A stretch of 32,000 nucleotides of DNA from Thioalkalivibrio paradoxus ARh 1 (GTDB lineage: Bacteria; Pseudomonadota; Gammaproteobacteria; Ectothiorhodospirales; Ectothiorhodospiraceae), in NCBI RefSeq assembly GCF_000227685.2, contig NZ_CP007029.1:306047-338046 (forward strand). The letters are read 5' to 3'. Made by a program: the position numbers and the translations under genes. Of this stretch, positions 1-12,403 are shown piece after piece (the stretch's first letter is position 1; each line of letters opens with the position of its first letter). The notes beneath the pieces are model-generated. The model was not told where the DNA came from. It made no database searches and was given only the letters and a program-made list of their open reading frames with translations.

Positions 1-98
1 ACCCATTCCCGTTCCCCGCTGACCATATCGACACTGGTCTCGCCCGGCTCGCCGCACCAGGGACAGGGAAAGCTGACGAATTCAACGGGTCGGGTCAT
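1..98 (-). CDS. CPxCG motif-containing cysteine-rich protein (partial, runs off left edge)
   Basis: Reverse-strand ATG at 98; translation MTRPVEFVSFPCPWCGEPGETSVDMVSGEREWV shows the CPxCG motif. Overlaps the 3' end of hemW. Confidence 0.7.
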   Translation of the reverse strand, partial: MTRPVEFVSFPCPWCGEPGETSVDMVSGEREW

Positions 99-1296
99 GA
101 TCGCTCAGGAAGATTTGCAGCAGGTCGTTCAGGAATTGCAGGCCCAGCGGGGTGGCGCGGAGTTGATCGGGGTCGCGACTCAAAAGGCCGCGCGCGCGTG
201 CCTGTTCCAGCCGCGCAGCGAGCCTCTCTGGCGGCAGTCCGGTGCGTTCGCGAAACATCGCTGCCGGGACGCCGCCAGTCAGACGCAGCGCGTTGAGCAT
301 GAATTCGAAGGGCAGCGATTCGCGTGCGACCGGGGTCGCGGTGATCGCGGCAGGATCGCGCAGGTAGGCTTCGGGCTGCCGCGGTTTCGTCAGGCGTCGG
401 ATGGTTCCGTCCGCCGCGTCCGTCAGCTTGCCGTGCGCGCCCGCCCCGATTCCGAGGTAGTCGCCGAACTCCCAGTAGTTCAGGTTGTGCCGGCATTCGT
501 TGCCCGCCGTTGCATGGGCCGAGACTTCATACCGAGTATAGCCCGCGGCCTGCAGGAGCGAGTGTCCGCGCGCGAACAACTCGTCGATCGTCTCGTCGGC
601 CGGCAGCGGCGGCGGCCGGTGCGCGAACAGCGTATTGGGTTCGAGCGTCAGCTGGTACCAGGAGATATGGCCCGGATCCACGGCCACCGCGGTCTGGAGG
701 TCGGTCAGGCCCTGCTCCAGCGACTGTCCGGGCAGCCCGAACATCAGATCCAGGTTCAGGCGCTCGAAGCCGGCAGCGCGCGCCTGGGCAATGGCCGCAT
801 GCGCATCGACATCGTCGTGGATCCGGCCGATCCGCTCCAGCGCGGCGGGGTCGAAGCTCTGGATTCCCAGCGACAGGCGGTTCACGCCCGCGTCACGGTA
901 GCCGGCGAAGTATCCGCGTTCGGCGGTTCCGGGGTTCGCCTCCAGCGTGATCTCGAGATCCGGGCGCCAGGGCAGGCGCGCGCGCAGGCCGGCGAGCAGG
1001 CTTTCGATCGCCTGGGGCGAGAACAGGCTGGGGGTGCCGCCGCCGATGAAGATGCTCTCGAGCCGGCGGCCCCAGATTGCCGGGAGCTGGGACTCGAGAT
1101 CCTTCAGCAGGGCGTCGACGTACGCCTCCTCGGGAAGCGCACCGCGGACCTCGTGCGAGTTGAAATCGCAGTACGGGCACTTGCGCAGGCACCAGGGCAG
1201 GTGCACGTAGAGCGCGAGCGGCGGCGGATAACGCAGCGGCGATCCGGTGCCGGATCGGGCGGTTCCGCCGGCGATGCCTGCAGCGGAGTCCGTCAT
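82..1296 (-). CDS. hemW: Radical SAM heme chaperone HemW (oxygen-independent coproporphyrinogen III oxidase-like)
   Basis: 404 aa; YVHLPWCLRKCPYCDFNSH radical-SAM CxxxCxxC motif, FIGGGTPSL, NYWEFGDYLGIGAGAHG. Confidence 0.95.
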   Translation of the reverse strand: MTDSAAGIAGGTARSGTGSPLRYPPPLALYVHLPWCLRKCPYCDFNSHEVRGALPEEAYVDALLKDLESQLPAIWGRRLESIFIGGGTPSLFSPQAIESLLAGLRARLPWRPDLEITLEANPGTAERGYFAGYRDAGVNRLSLGIQSFDPAALERIGRIHDDVDAHAAIAQARAAGFERLNLDLMFGLPGQSLEQGLTDLQTAVAVDPGHISWYQLTLEPNTLFAHRPPPLPADETIDELFARGHSLLQAAGYTRYEVSAHATAGNECRHNLNYWEFGDYLGIGAGAHGKLTDAADGTIRRLTKPRQPEAYLRDPAAITATPVARESLPFEFMLNALRLTGGVPAAMFRERTGLPPERLAARLEQARARGLLSRDPDQLRATPLGLQFLNDLLQIFLSDHDPTR

Positions 1297-1357
1297 GGCC
1301 TCGATCTGGAAGCGGTGCGCTGAACCGGGTGGGTGCAGCGGGCGGCGCCCGCGGGCA

Positions 1358-1969
1358 TCAGCCGTGCGCCATGCGCCGGGTCAGCTGTGCAACCATCGAG
1401 TTCAGTGCCTGGGCCCGATGGCTGCGCCGGTTCTTGACCTGCTCCGGCACGTCTGCCGAGGTGCGCCCGTACTGCGGGAGAATGAAGATCGGGTCGTAGC
1501 CGAAGCCTCCGTGGCCGGAGGGCTTGGTCGCGATCAGGCCTTCCCAGGTCCCCTCGGCCAGGATCGGCGAGGGGTCTTCGGCATGCGTGAGAAAGGCCAT
1601 CACGCAGCGGAAGCGAGCGGTGCGCTCCGGCCGCGGCACGCCCGCCAGCGCCTCGAGCAACTTCTCGTTGTTGTCCTGGTCGTCGGCATCCGGGCCGGCA
1701 TAGCGCGCGGAATAGATGCCCGGTTGCCCGTTCAGCGCGTCGACCTCGATTCCGGAGTCGTCGGCCAGCGCGGGCATGCCGGTGTGCAGTGCCGCGTTCC
1801 GGGCCTTCAGGATCGCGTTCTCGACGAAGGTCAGCCCGGTCTCCTCTGCTTCCGGGACCGACCAATGCGACTGCGGAATCAGCTCGATGCCGATCGGCTG
1901 CAGCAAGGTCGTGAACTCGCGGATCTTGCCGGGGTTGCCAGAGGCCAGCACGAGGGGGGTCATGTTCAT
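1358..1969 (-). CDS. rdgB: XTP/dITP diphosphatase (Ham1/RdgB)
   Basis: MNMTPLVLASGNPGKIREF...ADDSGIEVDALNGQPGIYSARYAG...GHGGFGYDPIF; start trimmed from the longer ORF 1358-2113. Confidence 0.96.
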   Translation of the reverse strand: MNMTPLVLASGNPGKIREFTTLLQPIGIELIPQSHWSVPEAEETGLTFVENAILKARNAALHTGMPALADDSGIEVDALNGQPGIYSARYAGPDADDQDNNEKLLEALAGVPRPERTARFRCVMAFLTHAEDPSPILAEGTWEGLIATKPSGHGGFGYDPIFILPQYGRTSADVPEQVKNRRSHRAQALNSMVAQLTRRMAHG

Positions 1970-2015
1970 CGGTTCTCTTGCTTCGTGGTCTGTCGGTCGG
2001 GGCGCGCGGCACCGT

Positions 2016-2732
2016 TCATGCGGCCAGCGCTTCCTGTTGCCAAGCGATGATTTCGCGGATGCCTTGCTCGCCGAGTTCCAGCATTGCGTCGAGTTCATCG
2101 CGGCGGAACGCATGGCCCTCGGCGGTGCCCTGGATCTCGATCACGCCGCCGGCCTCGTTCATCACCAGGTTCATGTCGGTCTCCGCCTGCGAGTCCTCGT
2201 CGTAGTCGAGGTCCAGCACCGGAACGCCCTGATAAATGCCCACGGAGATCGCGGCGAGCTGTCCGTGCACCGGGTTGCGCTTGAGTACACCAGTCTTCAG
2301 ACAGTGCGCGACCGCGTCGCGCAGTGCGACATAGGCGCCGCTGATCGCGGCAGTGCGGGTGCCGCCGTCTGCTTGTAGTACATCGCAGTCGATGATGACC
2401 TGGCGCTCGCCCAGCGCCTCGAGGTCGACGACCGCGCGCAGCGCCCGGCCGATCAAGCGCTGGATCTCCATTGTGCGGCCCCCGAGCTTGCCGCGTGCCG
2501 CCTCGCGCGCCATGCGGTCATGGGTCGCGCGCGGCAGCATGCCATACTCGGCGGTGACCCAGCCGCGGCCCTTGCCCTTCAGGAACGGGGGCACGCGGGA
2601 CTCGACGGTGGCGTTGCACAGCACGCGGGTGTCGCCGAATTCGACCAGCACCGAACCTTCGGCATGGCGGGTGAAATGTCGGGTGAATCGCACCGGACGC
2701 AACTGATCCGGCTGGCGGCCGCTGGGGCGCAT
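2016..2732 (-). CDS. rph: Ribonuclease PH
   Basis: [44 protein letters not shown]...[39 protein letters not shown]; start trimmed from the ORF 2016-3515. Confidence 0.96.
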   Translation of the reverse strand: MRPSGRQPDQLRPVRFTRHFTRHAEGSVLVEFGDTRVLCNATVESRVPPFLKGKGRGWVTAEYGMLPRATHDRMAREAARGKLGGRTMEIQRLIGRALRAVVDLEALGERQVIIDCDVLQADGGTRTAAISGAYVALRDAVAHCLKTGVLKRNPVHGQLAAISVGIYQGVPVLDLDYDEDSQAETDMNLVMNEAGGVIEIQGTAEGHAFRRDELDAMLELGEQGIREIIAWQQEALAA

Positions 2733-2840
2733 GAGCAGTCCTTGGAACGTGAATGAAACCCGCAAGTATACGGGAGCCGCGACGCCTGCGGGGCTACAAT
2801 GGCCGTTTCGTATCACGAACTCGTTGCCAGAGGAGGCCAG

Positions 2841-3707
2841 ATGACCGCCAGCATGACCGGATTCGCGCGCCACGCACTCGAGGTCGAGGGCCAGTTGCTG
2901 GTCTGGGAGCTGCGCAGCGTGAATCATCGCTACCTCGACCTTCGCCTGCAGCTTCCGGAGGGGCTGCGCGAGTTGGAGCCGGAGCTGCGGGCCGCGATTC
3001 AGCAGGCCATCGCGCGCGGCAAGATCGACGCCCAGCTGCGCGTCGAGGCGACCGGGGCGGATGTTCAGATCGCGTTCGACGCCGCTCGCGCGAAGGCACT
3101 GATCGGCGCCATCGGCGAGGTCGACCACATGATGGTCAACGGAGCCCGGGTTTCGCCGCTGGAAATCCTCGCCTGGCCTGGCGTGCTCGAGTCGTCGGTC
3201 AGCCCCGATGCCGATGCTCTCCGCGAGCGAGTGTTGCAGGCGTTGCGGGCGGCGATCGACGATTTGCGGGCGATGCGGGCGGCCGAAGGCGACGTGCTGC
3301 GCCAATCGCTGCAGCAGCGGCTCGACGCGTTCGCCGGTCTGGCAGCGCAGGTGCGCGAGCGCCGTCCCGAAGTGCTGCAGGAACAGCGCGAACGGCTGCA
3401 GGCGCGGATCGGGGAACTGGACCTGACACTGGATCCCCAGCGTCTCGAGCAGGAGGTGGCGCTGCTCGCGCAGCGGCTCGACGTGGACGAGGAGCTCGAT
3501 CGACTCGACGGCCACGTGGCCGCGATGCGGGAGATCCTGGAGCGCGACGAGCCGGTGGGCCGGCGGCTCGATTTTCTGATGCAGGAGTTCAACCGTGAGG
3601 CGAACACCCTGAGTTCCAAGTCACACGATCTGCTGACGACCCAGGCGGCGATGGAGATGAAGGTGCTGATCGAGCAGATGCGCGAACAGATCCAGAACGT
3701 CGAATAG
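2841..3707 (+). CDS. yicC: YicC family stress-induced protein
   Basis: [40 protein letters not shown]...; C-terminal [41 protein letters not shown]-like aggagg upstream. Confidence 0.95.
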   Translation: MTASMTGFARHALEVEGQLLVWELRSVNHRYLDLRLQLPEGLRELEPELRAAIQQAIARGKIDAQLRVEATGADVQIAFDAARAKALIGAIGEVDHMMVNGARVSPLEILAWPGVLESSVSPDADALRERVLQALRAAIDDLRAMRAAEGDVLRQSLQQRLDAFAGLAAQVRERRPEVLQEQRERLQARIGELDLTLDPQRLEQEVALLAQRLDVDEELDRLDGHVAAMREILERDEPVGRRLDFLMQEFNREANTLSSKSHDLLTTQAAMEMKVLIEQMREQIQNVE

Positions 3708-3788
3708 CGCCGGTTCGAGGCCTTGAAAAGCGCGTCTGCGGCCCCACTCTCGTGACAGGAAAAACTAGAGACCCCTGGAGGTGGAATC

Positions 3789-4220
3789 ATGGCACTGATG
3801 CGTTACGAACCCTGGAGCCTGCTGAACCAGTTGTCGCGCGAACTCGAGCGCATGCAGGGCTCGGATCAGCGCGAAGAGCCGGCGATCACCGCGGACTGGA
3901 GCCCGGCCGTGGACATCCGCGAGGAGTCGGACGGCTACGTGCTGCACGCCGACCTGCCCGGCGTCGACCCGAAGGACATCGAGGTGCACATGGAGAGCGG
4001 CGTGCTCACGATCCGCGGCGAACGGCGTCACGAGAGCAAGGAAGAGCGCGAGAATTACAAGCGCATCGAGCGCGTCCGCGGCACGTTCTTCCGGCGCTTC
4101 TCGCTGCCCGACACCGCCGACTCCGACAACATCTCGGCGCGCTGCCAGAATGGTGTCCTGGAAGTCCGCATTCCGAAGCACGCCCAGGTGCAGCCCCGCC
4201 GGATCACGGTGGAAGGCTGA
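3789..4220 (+). CDS. Hsp20/alpha-crystallin family small heat shock protein
   Basis: PAVDIREESDGYVLHADLPGVDPKDIEVHMESGVLTIRGERR...ISARCQNGVLEVRIPK. Confidence 0.93.
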   Translation: MALMRYEPWSLLNQLSRELERMQGSDQREEPAITADWSPAVDIREESDGYVLHADLPGVDPKDIEVHMESGVLTIRGERRHESKEERENYKRIERVRGTFFRRFSLPDTADSDNISARCQNGVLEVRIPKHAQVQPRRITVEG

Positions 4221-4369
4221 CGCGCCCGCTCCGCGGGTGCAGCAACAGGGTGCGCCGCCCGAAACTCCGGTCGGCGCACCTTCGGCTGTGCGGGTGTTTG
4301 CGCGGCCGGTGTTCCGGATCAATCATGAGGGCTTCTGCCCAGTGAGCCACGAGGACAACTGACCCGCCG

Positions 4370-5266
4370 ATGCACTTCAGGGACTACTACAAAATCCTCG
4401 GCGTGGGCCGCGGCGCCAGCCAGGACGAGATCAAGAAGGCCTACCGGCGCCTGGCGCGCAAGTTCCATCCGGACGTGAGCCAGGAGGCCAACGCCGAAGC
4501 GCGGTTCAAGGAGATCAACGAGGCCAACGAGGTGCTCGGTGATCCGGAACGCCGTGCCGCCTACGACCGACTTGGTTCCGACTGGCGCGCGGGCCAGGAC
4601 TTCCGGCCGCCTCCGGGCTGGGCCGGCCGGTCGGGTGCGCGGGGCGCCGGCGCGGACGGAGGCTTCGACGGCTTCTCCGATTTCTTCGATTCGATGTTCG
4701 GCGGCCGCCCCGGGGGGCGCCGCGCCGGACCCGGTTTCCGTGCCCGCGGGGCGGATCGTTCGGCAGTCGCCGAGATCAGTCTGGAGCAGGCGCTGCATGG
4801 CACCGAGCTGACGGTGAACGGTGCCGCCGGCGAGGGCCGGCGCGTCCGGATTCCCCCGGGCGCACACAATGGCACGCGCTTGCGCGTCCGGGGGCAGGGC
4901 GCCCCGGGGATGGGCGCCGGGTCTGCCGGCGATCTGTTGCTCGAGATCCGGGTGCGCCCGGATCCGCGCTACCGGCTGGAAGGCCGCGACCTCCATCGGG
5001 ATGTCCCGATTACGCCTTGGGAGGCGGCCCTCGGGGCGACCATCGAGGCGCCGACGCCCCAGGGCACGGTCAAGCTGAAGATTCCTGCTGGCTCGCAGTC
5101 CGGCAAGGTGATGCGCCTGAAGGGCCGCGGGCTTCCGGGCAAGACCCCGGGCGACCTGTACCTGCGGCTGATGATCGCGGTTCCGCCGGCCGCAGAGGCG
5201 GGCCAGTGGTACGAGGAGATGGCGCGGGTGTCCTCGTTCCGGCCCCGGGAAGGGCTGCAGCCCTGA
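4370..5266 (+). CDS. cbpA: DnaJ C-terminal domain / curved DNA-binding protein (CbpA-like)
   Basis: N-terminal J domain (RDYYKILGVGRGASQDEIKKAYRRLARKFHPDVS) plus C-terminal GTVKLKIPAGSQSGKVMRLKGRGLP. Confidence 0.9.
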   Translation: MHFRDYYKILGVGRGASQDEIKKAYRRLARKFHPDVSQEANAEARFKEINEANEVLGDPERRAAYDRLGSDWRAGQDFRPPPGWAGRSGARGAGADGGFDGFSDFFDSMFGGRPGGRRAGPGFRARGADRSAVAEISLEQALHGTELTVNGAAGEGRRVRIPPGAHNGTRLRVRGQGAPGMGAGSAGDLLLEIRVRPDPRYRLEGRDLHRDVPITPWEAALGATIEAPTPQGTVKLKIPAGSQSGKVMRLKGRGLPGKTPGDLYLRLMIAVPPAAEAGQWYEEMARVSSFRPREGLQP

Positions 5267-5363
5267 GGCCCTGAGGCCGGTGCGCCGCGTGGCGTGAACG
5301 CGGCCGGTCGCGCGGCCGCGCTCGGTTCGTGTCGTGTTCGTATCCTGGATGCGGAGTGCAACG

Positions 5364-6713
5364 ATGATGGCGAAGACATTCCTGGCCGTTCTGGTGCTGC
5401 TGCTGGCGGCCGTGCCGGTTCAGGCACAGCTGCCTGCTGCGGTGGATGGCGAGCCGCTGCCGACCCTGGCGCCGATGCTGGAGCGCACGGTCCCCGCGGT
5501 GGTGAACGTCGCCACCCGCGCGCTGGTGGTGGAACCGGTCAGCCCGCTGTTCGACGACCCGTTCTTCCGCCGCTTCTTCGACCTCCCGTCGCAGCAGCGC
5601 GAGCGCATCCGGCAGGGCCTGGGATCCGGTGTGGTGGTCGACGCCGGTCAGGGGCTGATCCTGACCAACAACCATGTGATCCAGCGTGCCGACGAGATCG
5701 TGGTCACGTTGCACGACGGGCGCCGTTACGATGCCGAGGTGATCGGTGCCGACCGCGAGACGGACATCGCGCTGATCCGCATCGAGGCCGACCGCCTGCA
5801 GGCGCTGCCGTTCGCCGACTCCGACGCGCTTCGAGTCGGCGACTTCGTCGTTGCGATCGGCAATCCCTTCGGGTTGGGGCAGACGGTCACCAGCGGGATC
5901 GTCAGCGCGCTGGGGCGCAGCGGTCTCGGCGTCGAGGGCTTCGAGGATTTCATCCAGACCGACGCGTCGATCAATCCCGGCAATTCGGGCGGTGCGTTGG
6001 TCAATCTGCGCGGCGAACTCGTCGGGATCAATACGGCGATCCTGGCCCGCGGTGGCGGCAACATCGGCATCGGCTTCGCGATTCCGATCAACATGGCCCG
6101 TCAGGTCCAGGAACATCTGATCGCCGATGGCGCGGTGACCCGCGGGCAGCTCGGGATCGCGGTCCAGGACCTGACGCCGGATCTGGCCCAGGCCTTCTCG
6201 CTGCAGGTGTCCAGCGGGGCGGTCGTGACCCGCGTCGAGCCCGGTTCGCCCGCCGACCGCGCGGGGCTGCGTTCCGGCGACGTGGTGCTCGAGACCGACG
6301 GCCGTCCGGTGCGCAACGCGACCGACCTGCGCAACCGCATCGGGCTGCTGCGCGTCGGGACCGAGGTCCGGCTGCGCGTCCTGCGCAATGGCCGGGAGCA
6401 GTTCGTGGTCGCCCGTATCGAGGCGCCGCAGCGCCAGGAGATCGACGGCGCGTCGATCGATGCCCGGCTCGCTGGCGCGCAGTTCGCCCGCATGCTGCAG
6501 CGCGACGGTGAACCGCGCATCGCGATCAGCGCGGTCGAGCCGCGTTCGGCGGCGGCTCGTGCCGGCCTGCGCGAGGGCGACGTGGTGCTGTCGATCAACC
6601 GGCGCGAGGTCAGCGAGCTGGACGACCTCCGCACAGCGGCCCAGGCTGGCCGGGGCGGGCTGCTATTGAACATCCAGCGCGGTGACGGTGCGTTCTTCCT
6701 GATGCTTCAATAG
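5364..6713 (+). CDS. Do/DegP-DegQ family periplasmic serine endoprotease
   Basis: Signal-like N-terminus, catalytic INPGNSGGALVN, two PDZ-like regions, GLGVVLTNNHV-type motif (LILTNNHVIQRADEI). Confidence 0.94.
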   Translation: MMAKTFLAVLVLLLAAVPVQAQLPAAVDGEPLPTLAPMLERTVPAVVNVATRALVVEPVSPLFDDPFFRRFFDLPSQQRERIRQGLGSGVVVDAGQGLILTNNHVIQRADEIVVTLHDGRRYDAEVIGADRETDIALIRIEADRLQALPFADSDALRVGDFVVAIGNPFGLGQTVTSGIVSALGRSGLGVEGFEDFIQTDASINPGNSGGALVNLRGELVGINTAILARGGGNIGIGFAIPINMARQVQEHLIADGAVTRGQLGIAVQDLTPDLAQAFSLQVSSGAVVTRVEPGSPADRAGLRSGDVVLETDGRPVRNATDLRNRIGLLRVGTEVRLRVLRNGREQFVVARIEAPQRQEIDGASIDARLAGAQFARMLQRDGEPRIAISAVEPRSAAARAGLREGDVVLSINRREVSELDDLRTAAQAGRGGLLLNIQRGDGAFFLMLQ

Positions 6714-6751
6714 CGGAGGCGTCGGGGCAGCGGGCCGTTGGGCAGGGCCGC

Positions 6752-7189
6752 TCAGCGGCCCGGCGTGTTCTGTTCTACCCAGCGTTCGCTGCCGTCCGGC
6801 AGGCGCTCGCGCTTCCAGAAAGGGGCTTCGTGCTTCAGGCGTTCCAGGATTTCGGAACAGGCGTCGCGGGCCGCGACCCGGTGGGCCGACCAGACGGCAA
6901 CCAGCACCAACGTGTCGGACGGTTCGATCGCACCGACCCGGTGCGCCACCTCGCAGGCTTCCAATGGCCACTTTGCCTCGGCTTCGGCGACGATCCGTTC
7001 CAGTTCGCGCTCGGTCATTCCCGGGTAATGTTCGAGGAACATCCCGCGCACCTCGCGCCCGTCGTTGAAATCGCGCATGCGCCCGACGAACACGGCCGCT
7101 GCGCCCAGTCGGTGCAGCGGCAGCCCGCGTTCGCGTTCCCGGATCACCGCCCAGGGATCGAACGGCTCGGCATGAAGCTGTACGGCCAT
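6752..7189 (-). CDS. moaE: Molybdopterin synthase catalytic subunit MoaE
   Basis: GAAAVFVGRMRDFNDGREVRGMFLEHYPGMTERELERI...HRVGAIEPSDTLVLVAVWSAHR...APFWKRE. Confidence 0.95.
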   Translation of the reverse strand: MAVQLHAEPFDPWAVIRERERGLPLHRLGAAAVFVGRMRDFNDGREVRGMFLEHYPGMTERELERIVAEAEAKWPLEACEVAHRVGAIEPSDTLVLVAVWSAHRVAARDACSEILERLKHEAPFWKRERLPDGSERWVEQNTPGR

Positions 7190-7193
7190 CGGT

Positions 7194-7427
7194 CTACCCG
7201 CCGGTGACCGGGGGAAAGAACGCGACCTCGTCGCCGTCGGCGACGGGGCTGTCGAGGCGGGCGTGCGCCTGGTTCACCGCGGCCATCAGCCGCGGTGGCG
7301 GTGGTGCCCGGTGCAGGTGTTGCCAGACGTCGGCGACTGTCGCGATGCCGTCGCCCGATGGCACCTCGTCGCTTGCCCGGCCGACGTCGGCGCGCAGCCG
7401 GGCGAAGTAATGCACGGTAATCGTCAC
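7194..7427 (-). CDS. moaD: Molybdopterin synthase sulfur carrier subunit MoaD
   Basis: 77 aa with ubiquitin-like C-terminus [14 protein letters not shown], adjacent to moaE. Confidence 0.93.
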   Translation of the reverse strand: MTITVHYFARLRADVGRASDEVPSGDGIATVADVWQHLHRAPPPPRLMAAVNQAHARLDSPVADGDEVAFFPPVTGG

Positions 7428-7473
7428 GATACGGACCTACACATCGACGGATCTGTCGAGCATTATAGCGGTG

Positions 7474-7965
7474 ATGAGCGAACTCACACATTTTGACGCG
7501 CAGGGTCGGGCGCATATGGTCGATGTCGGCGCCAAGCCGGTCAGCCACCGGGTCGCGATTGCCGAGGGGGTGATCCACATGAAACCCGAGACTGTGGCAA
7601 CCCTCCGCGCCGGAGATCACCGAAAGGGGGATGTTCTCGGCGTGGCGCGGGTCGCCGGGATCATGGCGGCCAAGCGAACCGGAGACCTGATCCCGCTCTG
7701 CCATCCGATCGGACTCACCCGGGTGGCGCTCGAATTCGATACCGGCACGGACCGAATACGGGTGCAGGCCACCTGCGAGGTGCAGGGCCAGACCGGGGTG
7801 GAAATGGAGGCGCTGACTGCGGTCAGTGTCGCGCTGCTGACCGTCTACGACATGTGCAAGGCGGTCGACCGTGGGATGCGCATCGACGCTGTGCGGCTGC
7901 TCGAGAAACACGGTGGCCGCAGCGGAAGCTGGGTCGCGGAACCTCAATCGGGAGAACCGAAATGA
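7474..7965 (+). CDS. moaC: Cyclic pyranopterin monophosphate synthase MoaC
   Basis: [18 protein letters not shown]...[20 protein letters not shown]...[27 protein letters not shown]. Confidence 0.97.
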   Translation: MSELTHFDAQGRAHMVDVGAKPVSHRVAIAEGVIHMKPETVATLRAGDHRKGDVLGVARVAGIMAAKRTGDLIPLCHPIGLTRVALEFDTGTDRIRVQATCEVQGQTGVEMEALTAVSVALLTVYDMCKAVDRGMRIDAVRLLEKHGGRSGSWVAEPQSGEPK

Positions 7966-10193
7966 AATGGCTTTTCCGTCTGCTGGGCCTGCTCGGCGTC
8001 GTGGTGCTGCTCGCGGCGGTGGTTGCAGTGTACCTGGTGGCCACCTTCGACCCCGGCGCGTACCGTGAGCGCATCGAGGAGCAGGTCACCGAAGCGACCG
8101 GGCGCGAATTTCGCCTTGCCGGCGACATCGGCCTGACGCTGTTTCCCGCGATCGGCCTGCGCCTCGAGGGCGTCAGCCTTGCCAATGCGCCGGAATTCGG
8201 TGATGTCCCGTTCGCCGAGGCCGAATCGGTCGATGTCGCAGTCGCGGTGCTGCCGCTGCTGCGCCGGGAACTGGAGGTGCTGCATATCGACGCCGATGGC
8301 GTGTCCGTTGCGCTGACGCGCGAACAGGACGGCCGCAACAACTGGGACGACCTGGTCGAACGGCTGGCCGGAGAAACCGCGCCGCCCGATGCCGGCACCG
8401 AGCGCGGCGATCCCGAGCGCGCCGTGCTGGGCGATTTTTCCGTGGCAGGCGTCGATCTGACCCGGGTGCGGGTCGAATGGGACGATCGCCAGGCGGGTAC
8501 GCGCATGGTGCTGGACCCCGCGAACCTGCGGCTGCGGCAGTTCCGGCCCGGGGCGGATGCGCCGCTGGAGCTGGATGGTTCGGCTCGGCTGGAACAGCAG
8601 GGCGAAATGGCCGGCGCGATGCATGTGCGGCTCGACGCGCTGCTGAACGCCGATCCTGCGGCCCAACAGTATGCACTGCGCGGCCTGGCATCCGACCTGG
8701 AACTGCAACTGCGCGGTGTGGCCGGGTTGCTGCATTCTCGCCTGACCACCGATGTATCCCTGGACCTGGCCACGGGAGTGGTCCGTATCGAGGATCTTTC
8801 CGCGGCACTTGGAGGCATGGAGCTGGCTGGGGACCTGGAAATCGGCGAGCTGGGGCGCGAGGCCGTCGTATTCGATGGGCGGCTGCGCAGCAACGTTTTC
8901 AACCCGCGCCTGCTGCTCTCCGAGCTGGGGCTGCCTGCCCCGGACACCGCCGATCCTTCGGCGCTGCAGCGCATGGAGCTGGAACTCGCGCTTTCGGGCA
9001 ACGCCCGCGAGCTGGCGCTCGATCCGCTGCGGATCACGGTCGATGAGTCGACGCTGCGGGGCAACGCCGGTGTCCGGTTTGCCGAGGCGCGGCCGGCCCT
9101 GAGCTTCAGGCTGGAAGGGGATCGGCTCGATCTGGACCGCTATCTGCCACCCGAGGTCGAACAGGCACGGGTATCGGAGGCCGAGCCGCCGCCCGGCGCC
9201 CCCCCGGTTCCCGAAGAGGTTGACGTCCCGGTAGATCTTCCGGCGGAACTGATGCGCGCAGTCGACCTGGACGGGCGCTTGACGCTGGGCACGCTGACGC
9301 TGCTGGGCCTGACTCTGGAGTCGATCGAGATCAATCTGCGGGCCCGCGATGGCGAGTGGAAGGTTGAGCCTTTCAGCGGGCGCGGGTACGAAGGCAGGAT
9401 CGAGGGGCAGGCCACGGCGGATGCGAGCGCAGAGGTGCCTCGCTACGCTCTGGCGGTATCGCTTACCGGGGTCGCGATCGAGCCGCTGCTGGCGGCGTTC
9501 AGGCAGGATGAAAGCCGTCTGATCGGTACCGGCAACCTGGCACTGGACGTCACCGCCGCCGGTGCCAGTGTCGGGGCGCTGACCTCCAGCCTGAATGGCA
9601 GCGGTAATATGCGCTTCGCCGACGGTGCGGTCCGCGGAATCAACATCGCCAGGATCATCCGCCAGGCCGATGCACGGCTGCGGGGGGAAAGGCCTGAGGA
9701 CGACGGCGAGCCCAACCAGACCGACTTTACCGAACTGAGCGGCAGCTTCCGGATCGTCGATGGCGTGGTGCACAACGACGATCTCGCGGCCAGTTCGCCG
9801 CTACTGCGGGCCACGGGGCGCGGTTCGGCAGATCTTCCCGAGCAGGCGCTCGATTACCGCGTCGACGCGACGCTGGTGGCCACGATCGAGGGGCAGGGGG
9901 GGCGCAGCCTCGACGACCTGCGCGGAGTCAACCTGCCCATCCGCATCACCGGAGCCTTCGCCGAACCACGCTTCCGGCTCGACCTCGACGATGTGGTCCG
10001 GGAACGCGTCGAGGACCGCGTCCGGCGCGAGGCGGGGCGGCTGCAGGAACGTCTGCTGGAACGGCTCGGGGTCGAGGATCGTGATGCCGATGTTGACGCT
10101 GATGCCGACGCCGATCCGGCGGCCCCAGCCGAAACGCCTTCCGGGTCCCGGATCGAGGATGAGTTGCAGCGCCTGCGGGATCGTCTTCGCTAG
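7962..10193 (+). CDS. AsmA family protein
   Basis: N-terminal transmembrane segment [26 protein letters not shown], then AsmA-like repeats and C-terminal [17 protein letters not shown]...[17 protein letters not shown]; overlaps the moaC stop. Confidence 0.88.
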   Translation: MKWLFRLLGLLGVVVLLAAVVAVYLVATFDPGAYRERIEEQVTEATGREFRLAGDIGLTLFPAIGLRLEGVSLANAPEFGDVPFAEAESVDVAVAVLPLLRRELEVLHIDADGVSVALTREQDGRNNWDDLVERLAGETAPPDAGTERGDPERAVLGDFSVAGVDLTRVRVEWDDRQAGTRMVLDPANLRLRQFRPGADAPLELDGSARLEQQGEMAGAMHVRLDALLNADPAAQQYALRGLASDLELQLRGVAGLLHSRLTTDVSLDLATGVVRIEDLSAALGGMELAGDLEIGELGREAVVFDGRLRSNVFNPRLLLSELGLPAPDTADPSALQRMELELALSGNARELALDPLRITVDESTLRGNAGVRFAEARPALSFRLEGDRLDLDRYLPPEVEQARVSEAEPPPGAPPVPEEVDVPVDLPAELMRAVDLDGRLTLGTLTLLGLTLESIEINLRARDGEWKVEPFSGRGYEGRIEGQATADASAEVPRYALAVSLTGVAIEPLLAAFRQDESRLIGTGNLALDVTAAGASVGALTSSLNGSGNMRFADGAVRGINIARIIRQADARLRGERPEDDGEPNQTDFTELSGSFRIVDGVVHNDDLAASSPLLRATGRGSADLPEQALDYRVDATLVATIEGQGGRSLDDLRGVNLPIRITGAFAEPRFRLDLDDVVRERVEDRVRREAGRLQERLLERLGVEDRDADVDADADADPAAPAETPSGSRIEDELQRLRDRLR

Positions 10194-10199
10194 CCAGCA

Positions 10200-10786
10200 A
10201 TGCACCGTCTGCCGTGGTGGTCCCTGTCGCTGGTGCTCGTGCTGTGGCCAATGCCCGCCTCAGGCGGCGTGTCCGACGTCCATGTGGCATTCGACGGTGC
10301 CCGTGTGGAGTTCCGCCTCGACGCGCTGGTGGACGCCGCGGCCGACGATGTGCGCGCGGTGGTGCACGACTACGAGCGCCTCGACCGCGTGTTTCCGCTG
10401 GTGGTGGCCAGCCGGCAGATCGAGGGAGGCGAAAGCGGTACGGAACGGGTCTTCACCCTGATGCGGGGCTGTATCCTGTTCGTGTGCCGGGAACTCGAAC
10501 ACACCATCGATATTCGGGAGGTCCCCGGCGGCTGGTCCTCCGCCGTCACGGTGCCGGACCTCAGCCGGGTCCGGCGTGGCCAGTTCTCCTGGTTGATCGA
10601 ACCCGGTGCCGGGAATCCGGAGCACGCAAGAATCCGGATCTACGGGTTTTTCGAGCCGGATTTCCGGGTGCCGCGCCTGCTGGGCGCTTCTTTGGTCCGG
10701 ATGCGGATCCTGTCCGAACTGCGTGACAGCGTCGGAAACATCGAGCGCGCCGCCCGCGAACACGCAGCCGCCGCGGACGCGCCGCG

Positions 10787-10790
<4 letters not shown>
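10200..10790 (+). CDS. SRPBCC/START-like (polyketide cyclase-type) exported protein
   Basis: Signal peptide MHRLPWWSLSLVLVLWPMPASG; VVHDYERLDRVFPLVVASRQIE... resembles the SRPBCC fold family. Confidence 0.6.
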
Positions 10791-11834
<1,044 letters not shown>

Positions 11835-11851
<17 letters not shown>

Positions 11852-12113
11852 CTGCGTGTACCTGGGCAAAGAGGCCGAGGGGCTCGACTACCCGACCTAT
11901 CCCGGCGAACTGGGCAAGCAAATCTTCGCGAACGTCTCGAAGGAAGCCTGGCAGACCTGGCTTCGGCACCAGACCATGCTGATCAACGAGTATCGGCTGA
12001 GCCCGGTGGATCCCAAGGCCCGCAAGTTCCTTGAGGAGGAGATGGAAAAATTCTTCTTCAAGGGCGGGGCAGCGAAGCCGGAAGGCTATGTCGACCCCGA
12101 TCAGGCGAAGTAG
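11835..12113 (+). CDS. yggX: Probable Fe(2+)-trafficking protein YggX
   Basis: [57 protein letters not shown]; overlaps the 3' end of mutY. Confidence 0.97.
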
Positions 12114-12228
12114 GATCAAGTCGCGGCCGCCGTCGGGAGCCGGTCTGCGATCTGCACCGGCTTGACGCCCGACGCGGCGACCGGTTTAATACGCCCCTTC
12201 GCAGCGATGCGATCCCGCGCGGTATACC

Positions 12229-12304
12229 GGCCAGGTAGCTCAGTTGGTAGAGCAGGGGATTGAAAATCCCCGTGTCGGCGGTTCGATTCCGTCCCTGGCC
12301 ACCA
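12229..12304 (+). tRNA. tRNA-Phe (GAA)
   Basis: 76-nt cloverleaf GGCCAGG...CCTGGCC-ACCA; anticodon arm GGGGA-TTGAAAA-TCCCC; encoded CCA. Confidence 0.97.
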
Positions 12305-12337
12305 TTTAACGTTCTGACAAGGTTCAAAGAAGTCACC

Positions 12338-12363
12338 AAGCCGCTGAAAAAGCGGCTTTTTTT
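12338..12363 (+). terminator. Rho-independent terminator downstream of tRNA-Phe
   Basis: AAGCCGC-TGAAAAA-GCGGCTT followed by a T tract. Confidence 0.8.
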
Positions 12364-12403
12364 ATGCCTGTAAGGTCGCAGGAGGTCCAGAGCGGTCGCT
12401 TGA

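Noticed and set aside
2016-3515. 499-aa minus-strand ORF read as one fused protein
   Set aside because: Only the last 238 aa are RNase PH. The N-terminal part is antisense read-through of yicC; the true start is the ATG at 2732.
7944-9773. 609-aa minus-strand ORF opposite the AsmA-like gene
   Set aside because: Shadow ORF in GC-rich DNA; the plus-strand AsmA-like reading has the membrane anchor and family pattern.
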